Shown piece after piece: positions 28,741-38,942 of a DNA stretch of 64,000 nt. The translations under genes were made by a program, and so were the position numbers. The DNA lies in the IMG/VR virus record IMGVR_UViG_3300028666_000022, positions 275,899 to 339,898 of that record; one strand, written 5' to 3'. The first letter of the stretch is position 1. Each line of letters begins with the position of its first letter. The notes under the pieces are model-generated. The model made no database searches and was not told the DNA's origin. It saw nothing but the letters and a program-made list of their open reading frames with translations.

Positions 28741-31700
28741 ATGGCTGTAACAAATTTAAATTCAGATCAAGCTTCGATAACAGTTGGTAATGTAACTTTA
28801 GTTGATCCAAATAAAGTCAATGTTAATTTAAATGTTGTTAATGGTATTCCTCAATATCAGGACATGTATATTTTTGCTGAATTAACAGCAACAAAAAAAG
28901 GTAGAACAGTATTAGTTACAGGTGCTAATGGTATAACAAATAATAATACTTCAGATAAATCAGTTGTTGTAAATTTCATGGGTAATGATCAAAATCCCGA
29001 TTCACCTAATTATTTAAAATTCACCACAAATTGGTATGATGGAAGTGTTGGAAATAATACACAATATGAAGGTTTTGGTATTAGTAATATTAAAGTAGTT
29101 GTTAATTCATCGTTTGTTCCACAAATTAATATTCAATTTATTGATTTAAGGGGATTAGCATTTTTTAATCAATCTAATTCTCCATATAGAATACTTTTTG
29201 ATTTTCCACCACCAGTATTTCAATTAACATTAAAAGGATATTATGGTAAAGCGTTATCATATAAATTACATTTAGTTAAATATACTTCTGAATTTAGGGC
29301 AGAAAATGGAAATTACATTATTGATGCTCAATTTATTGCAATTACATATGCTCCATTAACAGATATTTTATTTAGATATGCAGTTAATTTCCCGTTGATC
29401 AATAATGATAGCGTCTCAATTAGTTCAAACACTGGATTAGAACCAAAAAATACTTATGAATTAATATTAAAATTAAAAAATTTATATTCTGAATTTAGTG
29501 AAAAAAAGAATACTAGTACAGATAATCAAACATATGAAAATATATTAAAACAAATTAGTAATATTGATGATGCAATTTCTTTATTGGGTGCATATAATAA
29601 TGATGAGGATTTGAAAAAAAATTCAGTTCCGGTTCTCATGATGAAAAATAGTCAATTTATTACTGAAGGTGGTGATGAATTAACTACGATTAAAAATCTT
29701 TCTGAATACGATAATTATATAAAGAGTTTATCTAAAGATGGAATACCAGATAATTTAGATCAAAGATTATATATTACTTATTTGGTTAGTAATAACGTTT
29801 CAATTCCAAATGATTTATTAGGTATTTCAGAAGGTGGTAGTACTGATTATAGAACCAATATTTTAATTGAAGCATTAGATACATATAGAAAAAATAAATT
29901 AATTGCTAAAACCAATAATGTTTTAGGTAAAACAATAAACGATAATGATATTCCACTTGCTAGTGAATTTAGAAGTAATACTAAAAATAATACTAGTGAT
30001 CCTGAAATAACAAATCTGTATGTTGGTTTAGATGTAACTAATTTTTATATTAAATTATATAAACAAAAAGCAAATTTATTAAAATTAAAATCAGATACAA
30101 TGTCAGTTATTAATCAAAAAATTAATAACATGGTTATTGGAAGCCTTGGTATGAAACCAACAATATATAATATATTTAAAATTATATTAAATGATGTTGA
30201 TACTTTTTTTAATATTTTAAGAACAACATCAAATAAAGCAGAAAATGATCATCATGTTAAATACGCTAATTTAATTGCTAATAGTAATACATATAAAGAT
30301 ATTATAAGTAAAATATATGCGTTTCCATTGATAATTAAACAGGAGATGATTTGTAATCAAATTAAAGAAAGTAGAATAGCACCTGTTGAATTAAGTGCTA
30401 GTTTACCTGAAGTATTTCCAGAATTAGATTTAATTAAAAACTTTATTGATACATTTACTACTCAGCAAAAAATTACTGAACTAGTAAATATGAGAGCAGA
30501 GCAAAATGCTGATGGTACATATAAATGGATTCCAATATCACCAGTAGATTCAAAACTTGCAACATCTGATTTAAATACTCCATATTATGGTGTTGATACT
30601 TCTGCAGGTGGTAATGCTTCTCAACCAATTAATTTGTCTAGTGATAGTAAATTGACACAAATATTTAAAATATTATTAAATAGATTTTATATTCTTTCAC
30701 AAAGTTCATTAACAAATGATTTTTATAATACTGGAAGAGGAAGTGAAACGTTAATTAGTATGTTTTCTGCTTCAGAATCAATCAATTTAGCTGCTTCAAT
30801 TACTAATACAAATAATACAAAATTATTATCAAATGCTGCAGAACAATTTGGTGGAAATGTTAATAATTTTTATAATTATATTAAAACAAATATTCCAGAT
30901 TACTATTCTTTTACACAAGATTCAAAAGAATCGATTAAAATATCAAATGGTAGTGATATTTATGTAGATAAAAAAAATAAAAATTATCAAGGATTTATAT
31001 TATCTTCAGAACAAATCGTTATCCAATCTAATGAAGGTGGAAATAGTAATAATCCAATAGATAAATTTCAAAAAGACAATAATTTAGGATTTTGGGATAA
31101 ATTATTAAATGGTGCTAGTCGTGAAAGTTTTTATAAATTTACACAAGAAAATGTTTTTTATATTAAAGATAGTAATCCAGATGGTAGTGATGGAAATAAT
31201 AACGTAAATGTTCAAACACGTTTTGCTAGTATTAACTCTGGATCTCATTTAATTGAAGGTGTTAAGACTTATGTTGGTGTTGATATTAATGTTGATACAT
31301 ATACTAAAGATAGAATAAGACTAAGTAATATATTTGCTGAAGTTAATGTATTTAAAAATAGAATCGATGATATTAATTTTTTATCAAAAAATGGTAATAA
31401 CGGTTTTAGAGAAATTGGGATAACTTCAGAAGTTCAAGCAAATGGTTTAATTTTATTTGGTGATATTATCAATATTTGGGTTAGTCAATTAAGTAATTTT
31501 GATACTCAAATATATGATACTATTATAAATGTTGATAGTTCTAAATTTAATTCAAGGTTAAGTGCGTTAATAATATTATCTAATTTTGGATATACATTAA
31601 GTCCATTTAATATATTTCCATTTGAATTAAATAAATTAATTTTTAATATACCTGCAGCAATTGAAATACCCAGTTATTTAGCTCCATATATGGGTGCATT

Positions 31701-33366
31701 GGTTGATATTAAAGCTGGTGATAATAATTATAACGATATTTATAATTTTTTTGTTAATGGTTCAGGTAGAAATTTAGATACTTCAGGTGTTTTTATATTT
31801 GCTGATATTTTTGACATTAATAATTATTTATCTGCTAATGATAAAAAAACATTCCAAGATTCATTCAATACTTTTTATAGAAATGGTGAATCAAATACAC
31901 CATTTAGAAATATTTTGAGTTTTTTAAATTTAATTTATCTTGAAGCACAAAAAAATAAAACAATTAAAAAGGATGTGTATCAAAATGGATTAGATCCTAC
32001 TAAAAATGGTAAATATTTTAATACAATACTACAGCCATTATTAATGAGAAATAATATAATAAATTTTAGTCAAATTACATTTGAACGTTCAATCGATAAT
32101 AATATTGGTTATGAATCAATTAGTGTTGTTAATGATGGTGCAGCAAATAAAAATGTTGATTTTGTAAATAAAAAAAATGTTAATGATAAGTTTTTTAAAA
32201 GTTTTTTTAGAAATTTATCTGTTGATATTAAATCAAAAGAAAATGAATTAACAAATAAAGAACAAGAAAATAAAAAACTAAGTGGTGATGATGATATTAC
32301 CACTCAAATGTATTATTCATTTAAAAATATAAATGATAAATGGCTTACTGGACCACTTAATAACAATTCTGGTTATCCATTTAATGATAATGTTAATAAA
32401 AATTTAATTGATTCTTTTGTTTTTGTTGATAGGGCAATGAATCCAGTTGGTGATACTGTAATTAATCCTGAAATATTAGTAAATATGCTTGATGATCCAA
32501 ACATTTCAGTATTTACTGTATTAACACAATTATTATCAAATAATGGATTTGAATTCTTTCCATTACAAAATTTTATGGATATTGATAATAATGATTGGGA
32601 AAATTCATTTAAAATTGATACGTCTGGAATTGTTAATCAAGCACCAACATTTGTTTGTATGTATATTGGTGGTTCAAGTAGTTATCCATCGGACATTGAA
32701 TCATCTGGTAATGAATTTAAAAATGATGGAATATTAGATTTAAGTAATCCCGGTGTTAATGACTTTTCAACAGAAGGATGTCAACAAAATCCTAGTGAAG
32801 ATAATCAAACACAACAAAATAATAACTTTCAATATAGAAAAGTTAGAGCATTTAGAGTAAGATTTGGCGAACAAAATCAATCTATGTTTACTAATATTAA
32901 AATTGATAGTAAAGAATATCCAGAAACTAACGAATCAATTCAAATATTATCAAGATTAGCTGGTGATAATAAATTAAATGCTCCCCCACCCAAAGGACAA
33001 AATTTATATAATTTATATGAAAATAGATCATATAAAGCAACTGTAAATGGATTGGGAAATATGATGATTCAACCAACACAATATTTTCAATTAGAAAATG
33101 CACCAATGTATAATGGTGCTTATATTATTTTAGGTGTTGAACATTTTGTAGAACCAAATAGAATGACAACTAGTTTTTATGGTACAAAAATATTAAAATA
33201 TCCAGTACCTAGAGTAAAACAAGCATCTGCAATATTAGGTTTTGAGGGTGGGAATAGTGATCAAACAGATGCTAATACATCCACAGATATTAATCCTGCT
33301 GCAAATGCTGATACTAATCCAGCACAAACACAATATAATTCAATGTATAGTTTTAAAATACAATAA
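28741..33366 (+). CDS. Large virion structural protein (baseplate hub-like)
   Basis: 1541 aa; late motif 28718-28726; C-terminal ATVNGLGNMMIQPTQYF...GAYIILGVEH resembles hub/late-control-D-type termini; adjacent to lysozyme. Confidence 0.55.
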   Translation: MAVTNLNSDQASITVGNVTLVDPNKVNVNLNVVNGIPQYQDMYIFAELTATKKGRTVLVTGANGITNNNTSDKSVVVNFMGNDQNPDSPNYLKFTTNWYDGSVGNNTQYEGFGISNIKVVVNSSFVPQINIQFIDLRGLAFFNQSNSPYRILFDFPPPVFQLTLKGYYGKALSYKLHLVKYTSEFRAENGNYIIDAQFIAITYAPLTDILFRYAVNFPLINNDSVSISSNTGLEPKNTYELILKLKNLYSEFSEKKNTSTDNQTYENILKQISNIDDAISLLGAYNNDEDLKKNSVPVLMMKNSQFITEGGDELTTIKNLSEYDNYIKSLSKDGIPDNLDQRLYITYLVSNNVSIPNDLLGISEGGSTDYRTNILIEALDTYRKNKLIAKTNNVLGKTINDNDIPLASEFRSNTKNNTSDPEITNLYVGLDVTNFYIKLYKQKANLLKLKSDTMSVINQKINNMVIGSLGMKPTIYNIFKIILNDVDTFFNILRTTSNKAENDHHVKYANLIANSNTYKDIISKIYAFPLIIKQEMICNQIKESRIAPVELSASLPEVFPELDLIKNFIDTFTTQQKITELVNMRAEQNADGTYKWIPISPVDSKLATSDLNTPYYGVDTSAGGNASQPINLSSDSKLTQIFKILLNRFYILSQSSLTNDFYNTGRGSETLISMFSASESINLAASITNTNNTKLLSNAAEQFGGNVNNFYNYIKTNIPDYYSFTQDSKESIKISNGSDIYVDKKNKNYQGFILSSEQIVIQSNEGGNSNNPIDKFQKDNNLGFWDKLLNGASRESFYKFTQENVFYIKDSNPDGSDGNNNVNVQTRFASINSGSHLIEGVKTYVGVDINVDTYTKDRIRLSNIFAEVNVFKNRIDDINFLSKNGNNGFREIGITSEVQANGLILFGDIINIWVSQLSNFDTQIYDTIINVDSSKFNSRLSALIILSNFGYTLSPFNIFPFELNKLIFNIPAAIEIPSYLAPYMGALVDIKAGDNNYNDIYNFFVNGSGRNLDTSGVFIFADIFDINNYLSANDKKTFQDSFNTFYRNGESNTPFRNILSFLNLIYLEAQKNKTIKKDVYQNGLDPTKNGKYFNTILQPLLMRNNIINFSQITFERSIDNNIGYESISVVNDGAANKNVDFVNKKNVNDKFFKSFFRNLSVDIKSKENELTNKEQENKKLSGDDDITTQMYYSFKNINDKWLTGPLNNNSGYPFNDNVNKNLIDSFVFVDRAMNPVGDTVINPEILVNMLDDPNISVFTVLTQLLSNNGFEFFPLQNFMDIDNNDWENSFKIDTSGIVNQAPTFVCMYIGGSSSYPSDIESSGNEFKNDGILDLSNPGVNDFSTEGCQQNPSEDNQTQQNNNFQYRKVRAFRVRFGEQNQSMFTNIKIDSKEYPETNESIQILSRLAGDNKLNAPPPKGQNLYNLYENRSYKATVNGLGNMMIQPTQYFQLENAPMYNGAYIILGVEHFVEPNRMTTSFYGTKILKYPVPRVKQASAILGFEGGNSDQTDANTSTDINPAANADTNPAQTQYNSMYSFKIQ

Positions 33367-33367
33367 A

Positions 33368-34330
33368 ATGGCAAATAATATTAACTCAATTATTCCTAAT
33401 TCAAAATACGAAAATTCAATAACTGCCGCTGGTGAAGAATTTATACATTTTATTTGTACGAGAGGTGGTCAAAATCTTTTAAGTGGAAAAAATAGTTATG
33501 CTTTACCATATACAAAACCATCTGTTAATAAAACTTGGACTTGTAACATATTTCACAATTTTAAAAAAATAACCACTGGAGATGATCTTGCAATTGCATT
33601 AATCGATTGGTTTAACAAATATGCTGAAATGTATGGACTTGATGCCAATGTTATTGCAGCACAAGCATATATTGAATCTAATTATGTTATGTGGAATTAT
33701 GCTGGCGGTAGTAGTTTACAAGGTCAAGATAGTACTGCTTCTGGTGTAAATCAATTTACCATGTTAACAATTTATGACATTATTATTAAAGGCACTTATG
33801 AGACAATAAAAATGACAGCAAATGAAATCACTACATTAACCAATGGTATGAATAATCCATTAGATATAAATTCATATAGTGTTAAAAGTGCCACATATGA
33901 AGATGCTTGGTTTAATAGACCAATTTTACATCAGAATGTTATTGATAATCCTGATATTATGATTAAAGCACAATGTAGATATATGAAAGCACTTGCTAAT
34001 AGATGTGCATCTTTAACTTCATCTTCTTTATTTTGCTATAGTAGAGGTAATTTTTATGCTGATACTTATACTAATACTATTCAAAAATGTAAACAACATT
34101 TTGTAAATAATGACAAATATCTTCAAGAAGGTCTGGATTATGTACTAAAAATATTTGGAGTGTTGGGTGATAAAAATAATGCATTAATAAAAAAGGGTGG
34201 TTACAAACCTGCTGGTTATTATTTTGGATATGATGATACTAAAGGAAATAGTGAAAAAAATTTAAAACTAAATCAAAATTTTGATAGTTATAATGCTAAT
34301 GTTAAAGAATCAGGAATGTATAAAATTTAA
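33368..34330 (+). CDS. Lytic transglycosylase (SLT-like), probably virion-associated
   Basis: YGLDANVIAAQAYIESNY and ASGVNQF motifs; ATG at 33368 just after previous stop. Confidence 0.7.
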   Translation: MANNINSIIPNSKYENSITAAGEEFIHFICTRGGQNLLSGKNSYALPYTKPSVNKTWTCNIFHNFKKITTGDDLAIALIDWFNKYAEMYGLDANVIAAQAYIESNYVMWNYAGGSSLQGQDSTASGVNQFTMLTIYDIIIKGTYETIKMTANEITTLTNGMNNPLDINSYSVKSATYEDAWFNRPILHQNVIDNPDIMIKAQCRYMKALANRCASLTSSSLFCYSRGNFYADTYTNTIQKCKQHFVNNDKYLQEGLDYVLKIFGVLGDKNNALIKKGGYKPAGYYFGYDDTKGNSEKNLKLNQNFDSYNANVKESGMYKI

Positions 34331-34375
34331 AAACTATTTATTGGCAGTTTTTATAATTACTGCCGAAATATAGTT

Positions 34376-35164
34376 TTATATTATTTCTTTCTTTAATTCA
34401 TGTAAACTAATAATATCGTCATTAATTGTATTTGAATTAAATTTCATTTCACGAATCTTCTGAATGGTTTTACTTATTTTATCTTTAATGTTTTCGTTAT
34501 TAACATTCTCTAAAATAACTAAACTATCTTTCTTATATGTTTCAAGAAGCTCTTGTTTTTCTTCATCGCTAGATTTAATGAGTGTTTTTAATAAATTTTT
34601 ATCTTCTTCATTAAGACTCTCATATTTGTCATTAAATTTACCAATAGCTAGTTCAATAACTTCTTCATTAATATCTTTAAATTCTTTATTCTCAACTAAA
34701 TTTTCTTTAGAAGATTTAATGTGATTTAAAACAATAGTAAATGATTCATGAATATCATCAACATCTACATTATCATAATCATTTAAAGATTCTTTAATTA
34801 AATTAGAAATTGAATTATATAGTTTAACTTTCTCAGAATTTGCAATTCGCGAATCGAGAATATTTTCAGTAATAAATTTATTTAATTTCTTATGTTCAAC
34901 ATCAATTTCAGTATTAGTATAAACCTCAAATAATTTAATGTTATTATCAATATAACGTGTAGCACTTAAATCATCATTAATATGTTTCTTCTCAATGTTA
35001 TTGAAAACCTTAAATTCTAATTGTAGGATTGGTGAATTTTTTATAACATCAAAAAAATCAGAGGTTATCTTCTTAGATTCTTCATTTAATTCATTACTAA
35101 AATAAGAATCATTCAATTTTTTCGAAACTAATAAATTAACTACCCCAATGTTAATGTTTTCCAT
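34376..35164 (-). CDS. Hypothetical head-associated protein
   Basis: Helical 262 aa downstream of portal; late motif variant 35178-35186. Confidence 0.55.
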   Translation of the reverse strand: MENINIGVVNLLVSKKLNDSYFSNELNEESKKITSDFFDVIKNSPILQLEFKVFNNIEKKHINDDLSATRYIDNNIKLFEVYTNTEIDVEHKKLNKFITENILDSRIANSEKVKLYNSISNLIKESLNDYDNVDVDDIHESFTIVLNHIKSSKENLVENKEFKDINEEVIELAIGKFNDKYESLNEEDKNLLKTLIKSSDEEKQELLETYKKDSLVILENVNNENIKDKISKTIQKIREMKFNSNTINDDIISLHELKKEII

Positions 35165-35186
35165 ATTAATAATTTATAATAAATAC

Positions 35187-35235
35187 TATAATTTATTGTA
35201 AAAATATTATAATTTATTGTAAAAATATTATAATT
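35187..35235. repeat. 21-nt tandem repeat (2.3 copies)
   Basis: tataatttattgtaaaaatat x2 plus partial; followed by inverted repeats to ~35313. Confidence 0.8.
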
Positions 35236-35317
35236 AATTTCGTCCGAAAAATAAGATACATTTCAGACGAAATATCATTATATTTGTCACAAACATATAC
35301 TAAATTTGTGAAATTAT

Positions 35318-38300
35318 TTACACTTCTAAGTCTTCTATATCCTCAAAATTAACATCTTGTACTTCATTGATGGTTTGTACTTTATTTATGCTTTCACCTT
35401 GTTTTAACATATCATCTATTTCATTAATCATATTCATTGCATTGGTATTTAGTTGAGTGTTTTTACTATCATTCTCTTTAATTATCTTCTTATGTTTAAC
35501 TTCTTTTTTCAGTTCTTTTCCATAAACAAGATTTTCTATTTGCTTATTATATTCTTCTTCAGTTAAAACAGCTTTCTTATTTACAAATCCTTCACCTTCT
35601 ACTGGTGGTAATTCTGATGGTGTTTGAAATGGTTGCCCTTCTTGTGGTTTTGGTGTTTCATTAGGATTTTGAGCATCACCTGCAGGAGCATTAGAAGGAT
35701 TGTTTGAACCACCTTGAGTAGTTTCACCACTTTGAGGTGTATTTCCTCCTAATGGTAATCCTTCTACTGGTTCTCCATATCTTTTATCTATATCTGTAAA
35801 TAAACCAGATTTTTTGATTATAACAGGAGAATCTTGAAGCTCTTGTATTATAACCCTTTCCATCTTCTGTTGCTTTAAGTCCTCTACAATTTCTCTATCA
35901 CTCATATTAAATATTTGACGTTTAGCTGTTGTATGTGACATTGGGGCAATACCATTTTCACTTCGAGTTAATTCACCATAGGTTTGTGCTTTTTCTCGCA
36001 TTAATTCTGATTTTAACAATTCCTGTTGTGTTGATGGATTTGTTAATGTTAATGTGAAATCTTTTAAATCATCTCCAGAATATCCTAATAAATATAGGTG
36101 TATCATAGCCATTTTATTCAGTTCTTGAATCATGGCCTGTTGAATGCGGTTCACTTTTTTTGAAAACCTTATATCAAATTGTGCTAAATTCTTACCACCT
36201 CCTGCAGCATCTTGAAATGAGAGGAACGGTTTTGGAATTCCAAGCCCGATCATTAAATTATCACGTAGATATTCTATATCATGGATGGAATCGAGATTAC
36301 TATTTTTAGTGAATATACCACAAGATAAAGCAAAATTATGATAATTATGATATTTTTCATTACCATCAATTGTTATTGTACCAGTGTCTTGTTTTTCTGA
36401 AAGATATTCAATTGATACTATTTTATGATTAAAATTTTTTTCTGTTATAAAACTTACAATTCTTTTTTTAATGTCAAACTTACAATAATTCCAATAATCT
36501 TTAATATTATTAAAATATATTAAATTATTAGGGTTACAATTTTTTATATCTAAATTTAGAAAATGAACTATATTTTTATCTTTTTTTGTTTTATCATTTA
36601 AATATTCAATAAAATTATTATAATTACTAGATTCAAAATCAATATATAATTGATCATAAAATTGATTTATTTTGCTTGAAAAATATTTTATAATTTCTTC
36701 GGAAAATTCATGTTTTATTAGAAAACCTTCATTATATAATTCATTTGAAATAATTTCCTCAAACCTAAATTGATGACATTTATTATGAAGAGGAATTAAA
36801 TTTTCTTTCATAAATGAATCTTCAATCTTTTCAAAAAGTTTTGAAGCTAATATATGGTGAACATCTAAATTTTTATTTTCTTTTTTTTCAAAACAAAACT
36901 GACAAATATTATTACAATCATTTCTAACTTCATTGAATATTTCTTGGTGTTTTTTATAATATCTTCTGTTTTTTCTAAAATTTGAAATATTGTTTTTATT
37001 AGTAAAATAATATTCTTTTTTACAAGTAAGGGAACAAAAGTTTTGATTTCTTCCATTTGATGGTTTATTAATTTCTTTTCCACAATTTTTACATTGTATT
37101 ATTATTCTTTCTAATTTTATCTTACTATTATAATAACAATCAATAGAGCAATATTTTCTTTTTATTTTTTTATTAAATTTCTTATTACAATACTCACATG
37201 TTTGTGAAATATTAATTATTCCTTTATAATTATAAATTTTATTACCATTATAATATAATGATCTTTTTTTAGAATAACATTCTCTTGAACATAGTGTTTG
37301 TTTATTAAAATATGAATAAGACCTATTATCACTAATAATATTTTCACAACAAGAACACTTTTTTAAAAAAGTTATACTATTTAAACCTCTTTTTTTAAAT
37401 TTAAAATTTTTTAATATTAAATTAAAATCAACATATTTATTTTCTTTATGATCATAAACATATTGTGTTTTATTATCAATAATCTTATTAAATGCCCACA
37501 TAGATTCACCAACACTTAAATCTTTAGCTTCTTTAGTACCATTGAATTTAGTAGGAAATTTATGATCGGGGGTACATGTAATTGATTCACCATTATCTAA
37601 TGTTAGTTTCAATACATCAGTATTTTTTCTAGTTACTCCTGCCCATGAAATAATTCCGGGTACAATTTCACCTGTTTCTGGATTTATTGAATATGACCAT
37701 AATTCTTTACCTTCTTCATATTCTTTAATTATTTCATTTAAAGCCAAACTCCTACCATCTAATAAATCTATTTTTGTATCTAAAGCAAGACAAGCACCCG
37801 GTAAAGTATCAATACCTGTTTGAGTATTTGCATTTCTTACTGGTAAAAAATAATCTTCATCATTCCCCAATAAATTAAAACGGTAATCAATTTGTCCATC
37901 GTTTGGTGCTACTTGTGCAGTTTTTTTGAATTTAGTAGCAACTTTATATATGTAATTCTCAATATCATCTTCGTCTATGTTTCCAACATCAATCTTAAAT
38001 ACTTTTTTCTCACCAGCACGAACAATACGATATGTTAACATAGCATCTTCTGCCATAATTAATTCTCGGAAAACCCTTCTACATTTATTTAGTACGCTAT
38101 TTCCGTAAGGCAAAAATTTATCGTCACCTAAAAGTCTAAAGTGTGCAATTTCAAAGGTATTAAATTCATCACCAGTCATTCTCTCTTTAAATCTAACTGT
38201 TGGTTTTCCATTTTGTATTCTTTCGAACCTTTCTATTTCATAATTTACTAATTGTTTTACATGTGTAATTCCTTTTTTTCTTTCTCCATAAATTAAAACA

Positions 38301-38806
38301 AAATTATCACCATATTTAATCGTGTTGCGTGTCCAAAAAGGTAAGTTAACGTTCACATTAACAATGTCATAGAAAAATTCTTCTAACAAATATTTAATCC
38401 TTTCTTTATTAGAATATATATTTAACATTTTACCATTGAGGCCAATTGTGGTGGCTTCCTCCATAAATAAATCTAATGCACTTGCAATAAGAGGGTAATA
38501 TTCCATTCCTTCATAGTCCATATAGGCCGGTAGGCGAGCTGCTTCATATTGCAATGCCTTTTGAAAACCTCTATCAGTAGTTCGAAAAAATTTATTTTGA
38601 AGTTCTTTTTTTTGTTCTATTTCCAGACCTTTTCTATGAATTTCTTCAGGAGAATTGCCTTTAATTATGATTCTACTTTCTTTAGATGGGGTACTACCAA
38701 CAGGAGATGTTGGAGAAGGCATTTGTTCATTATAACCAAAACCATCGGCATTAAATAATTGGGTTAAGTTCTGATATACTGTTAATTTATTTTCTTTCTC
38801 AGCCAT
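35318..38806 (-). CDS. Portal protein (T4 gp20-like) containing an intein
   Basis: AEDAMLTYRIVRA, FKIDVGN, EDYFLP, TLPGA|SNLDSIHDIEY; ~665 aa after splicing. Confidence 0.93.
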   Translation of the reverse strand: MAEKENKLTVYQNLTQLFNADGFGYNEQMPSPTSPVGSTPSKESRIIIKGNSPEEIHRKGLEIEQKKELQNKFFRTTDRGFQKALQYEAARLPAYMDYEGMEYYPLIASALDLFMEEATTIGLNGKMLNIYSNKERIKYLLEEFFYDIVNVNVNLPFWTRNTIKYGDNFVLIYGERKKGITHVKQLVNYEIERFERIQNGKPTVRFKERMTGDEFNTFEIAHFRLLGDDKFLPYGNSVLNKCRRVFRELIMAEDAMLTYRIVRAGEKKVFKIDVGNIDEDDIENYIYKVATKFKKTAQVAPNDGQIDYRFNLLGNDEDYFLPVRNANTQTGIDTLPGACLALDTKIDLLDGRSLALNEIIKEYEEGKELWSYSINPETGEIVPGIISWAGVTRKNTDVLKLTLDNGESITCTPDHKFPTKFNGTKEAKDLSVGESMWAFNKIIDNKTQYVYDHKENKYVDFNLILKNFKFKKRGLNSITFLKKCSCCENIISDNRSYSYFNKQTLCSRECYSKKRSLYYNGNKIYNYKGIINISQTCEYCNKKFNKKIKRKYCSIDCYYNSKIKLERIIIQCKNCGKEINKPSNGRNQNFCSLTCKKEYYFTNKNNISNFRKNRRYYKKHQEIFNEVRNDCNNICQFCFEKKENKNLDVHHILASKLFEKIEDSFMKENLIPLHNKCHQFRFEEIISNELYNEGFLIKHEFSEEIIKYFSSKINQFYDQLYIDFESSNYNNFIEYLNDKTKKDKNIVHFLNLDIKNCNPNNLIYFNNIKDYWNYCKFDIKKRIVSFITEKNFNHKIVSIEYLSEKQDTGTITIDGNEKYHNYHNFALSCGIFTKNSNLDSIHDIEYLRDNLMIGLGIPKPFLSFQDAAGGGKNLAQFDIRFSKKVNRIQQAMIQELNKMAMIHLYLLGYSGDDLKDFTLTLTNPSTQQELLKSELMREKAQTYGELTRSENGIAPMSHTTAKRQIFNMSDREIVEDLKQQKMERVIIQELQDSPVIIKKSGLFTDIDKRYGEPVEGLPLGGNTPQSGETTQGGSNNPSNAPAGDAQNPNETPKPQEGQPFQTPSELPPVEGEGFVNKKAVLTEEEYNKQIENLVYGKELKKEVKHKKIIKENDSKNTQLNTNAMNMINEIDDMLKQGESINKVQTINEVQDVNFEDIEDLEV
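36302..37792 (-). mobile_element. Intein (497 aa) with HNH endonuclease and Cys4 repeats in portal
   Basis: Starts CLALDT, TCTPDHKF, CQFC...DVHHI...NLIPLHNKCH, ends GIFTKN|S. Confidence 0.9.
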
Positions 38807-38885
38807 TTCTATAAATTTTTATAATTTATTATAAATACTAAAATTTTTGTCAAAAATCAATACTTTTATAATAAATACAATAAAT

Positions 38886-38915
38886 AAAAAAACCACTAAA
38901 ATTAATTAGTGGTTT
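38886..38915 (-). terminator. Rho-independent terminator
   Basis: aaaccactaa-aattaa-ttagtggttt; near-identical to the hairpin at 49923. Confidence 0.75.
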
Positions 38916-38942
38916 AGTATTAAAGAATTCATGATTAAATAA

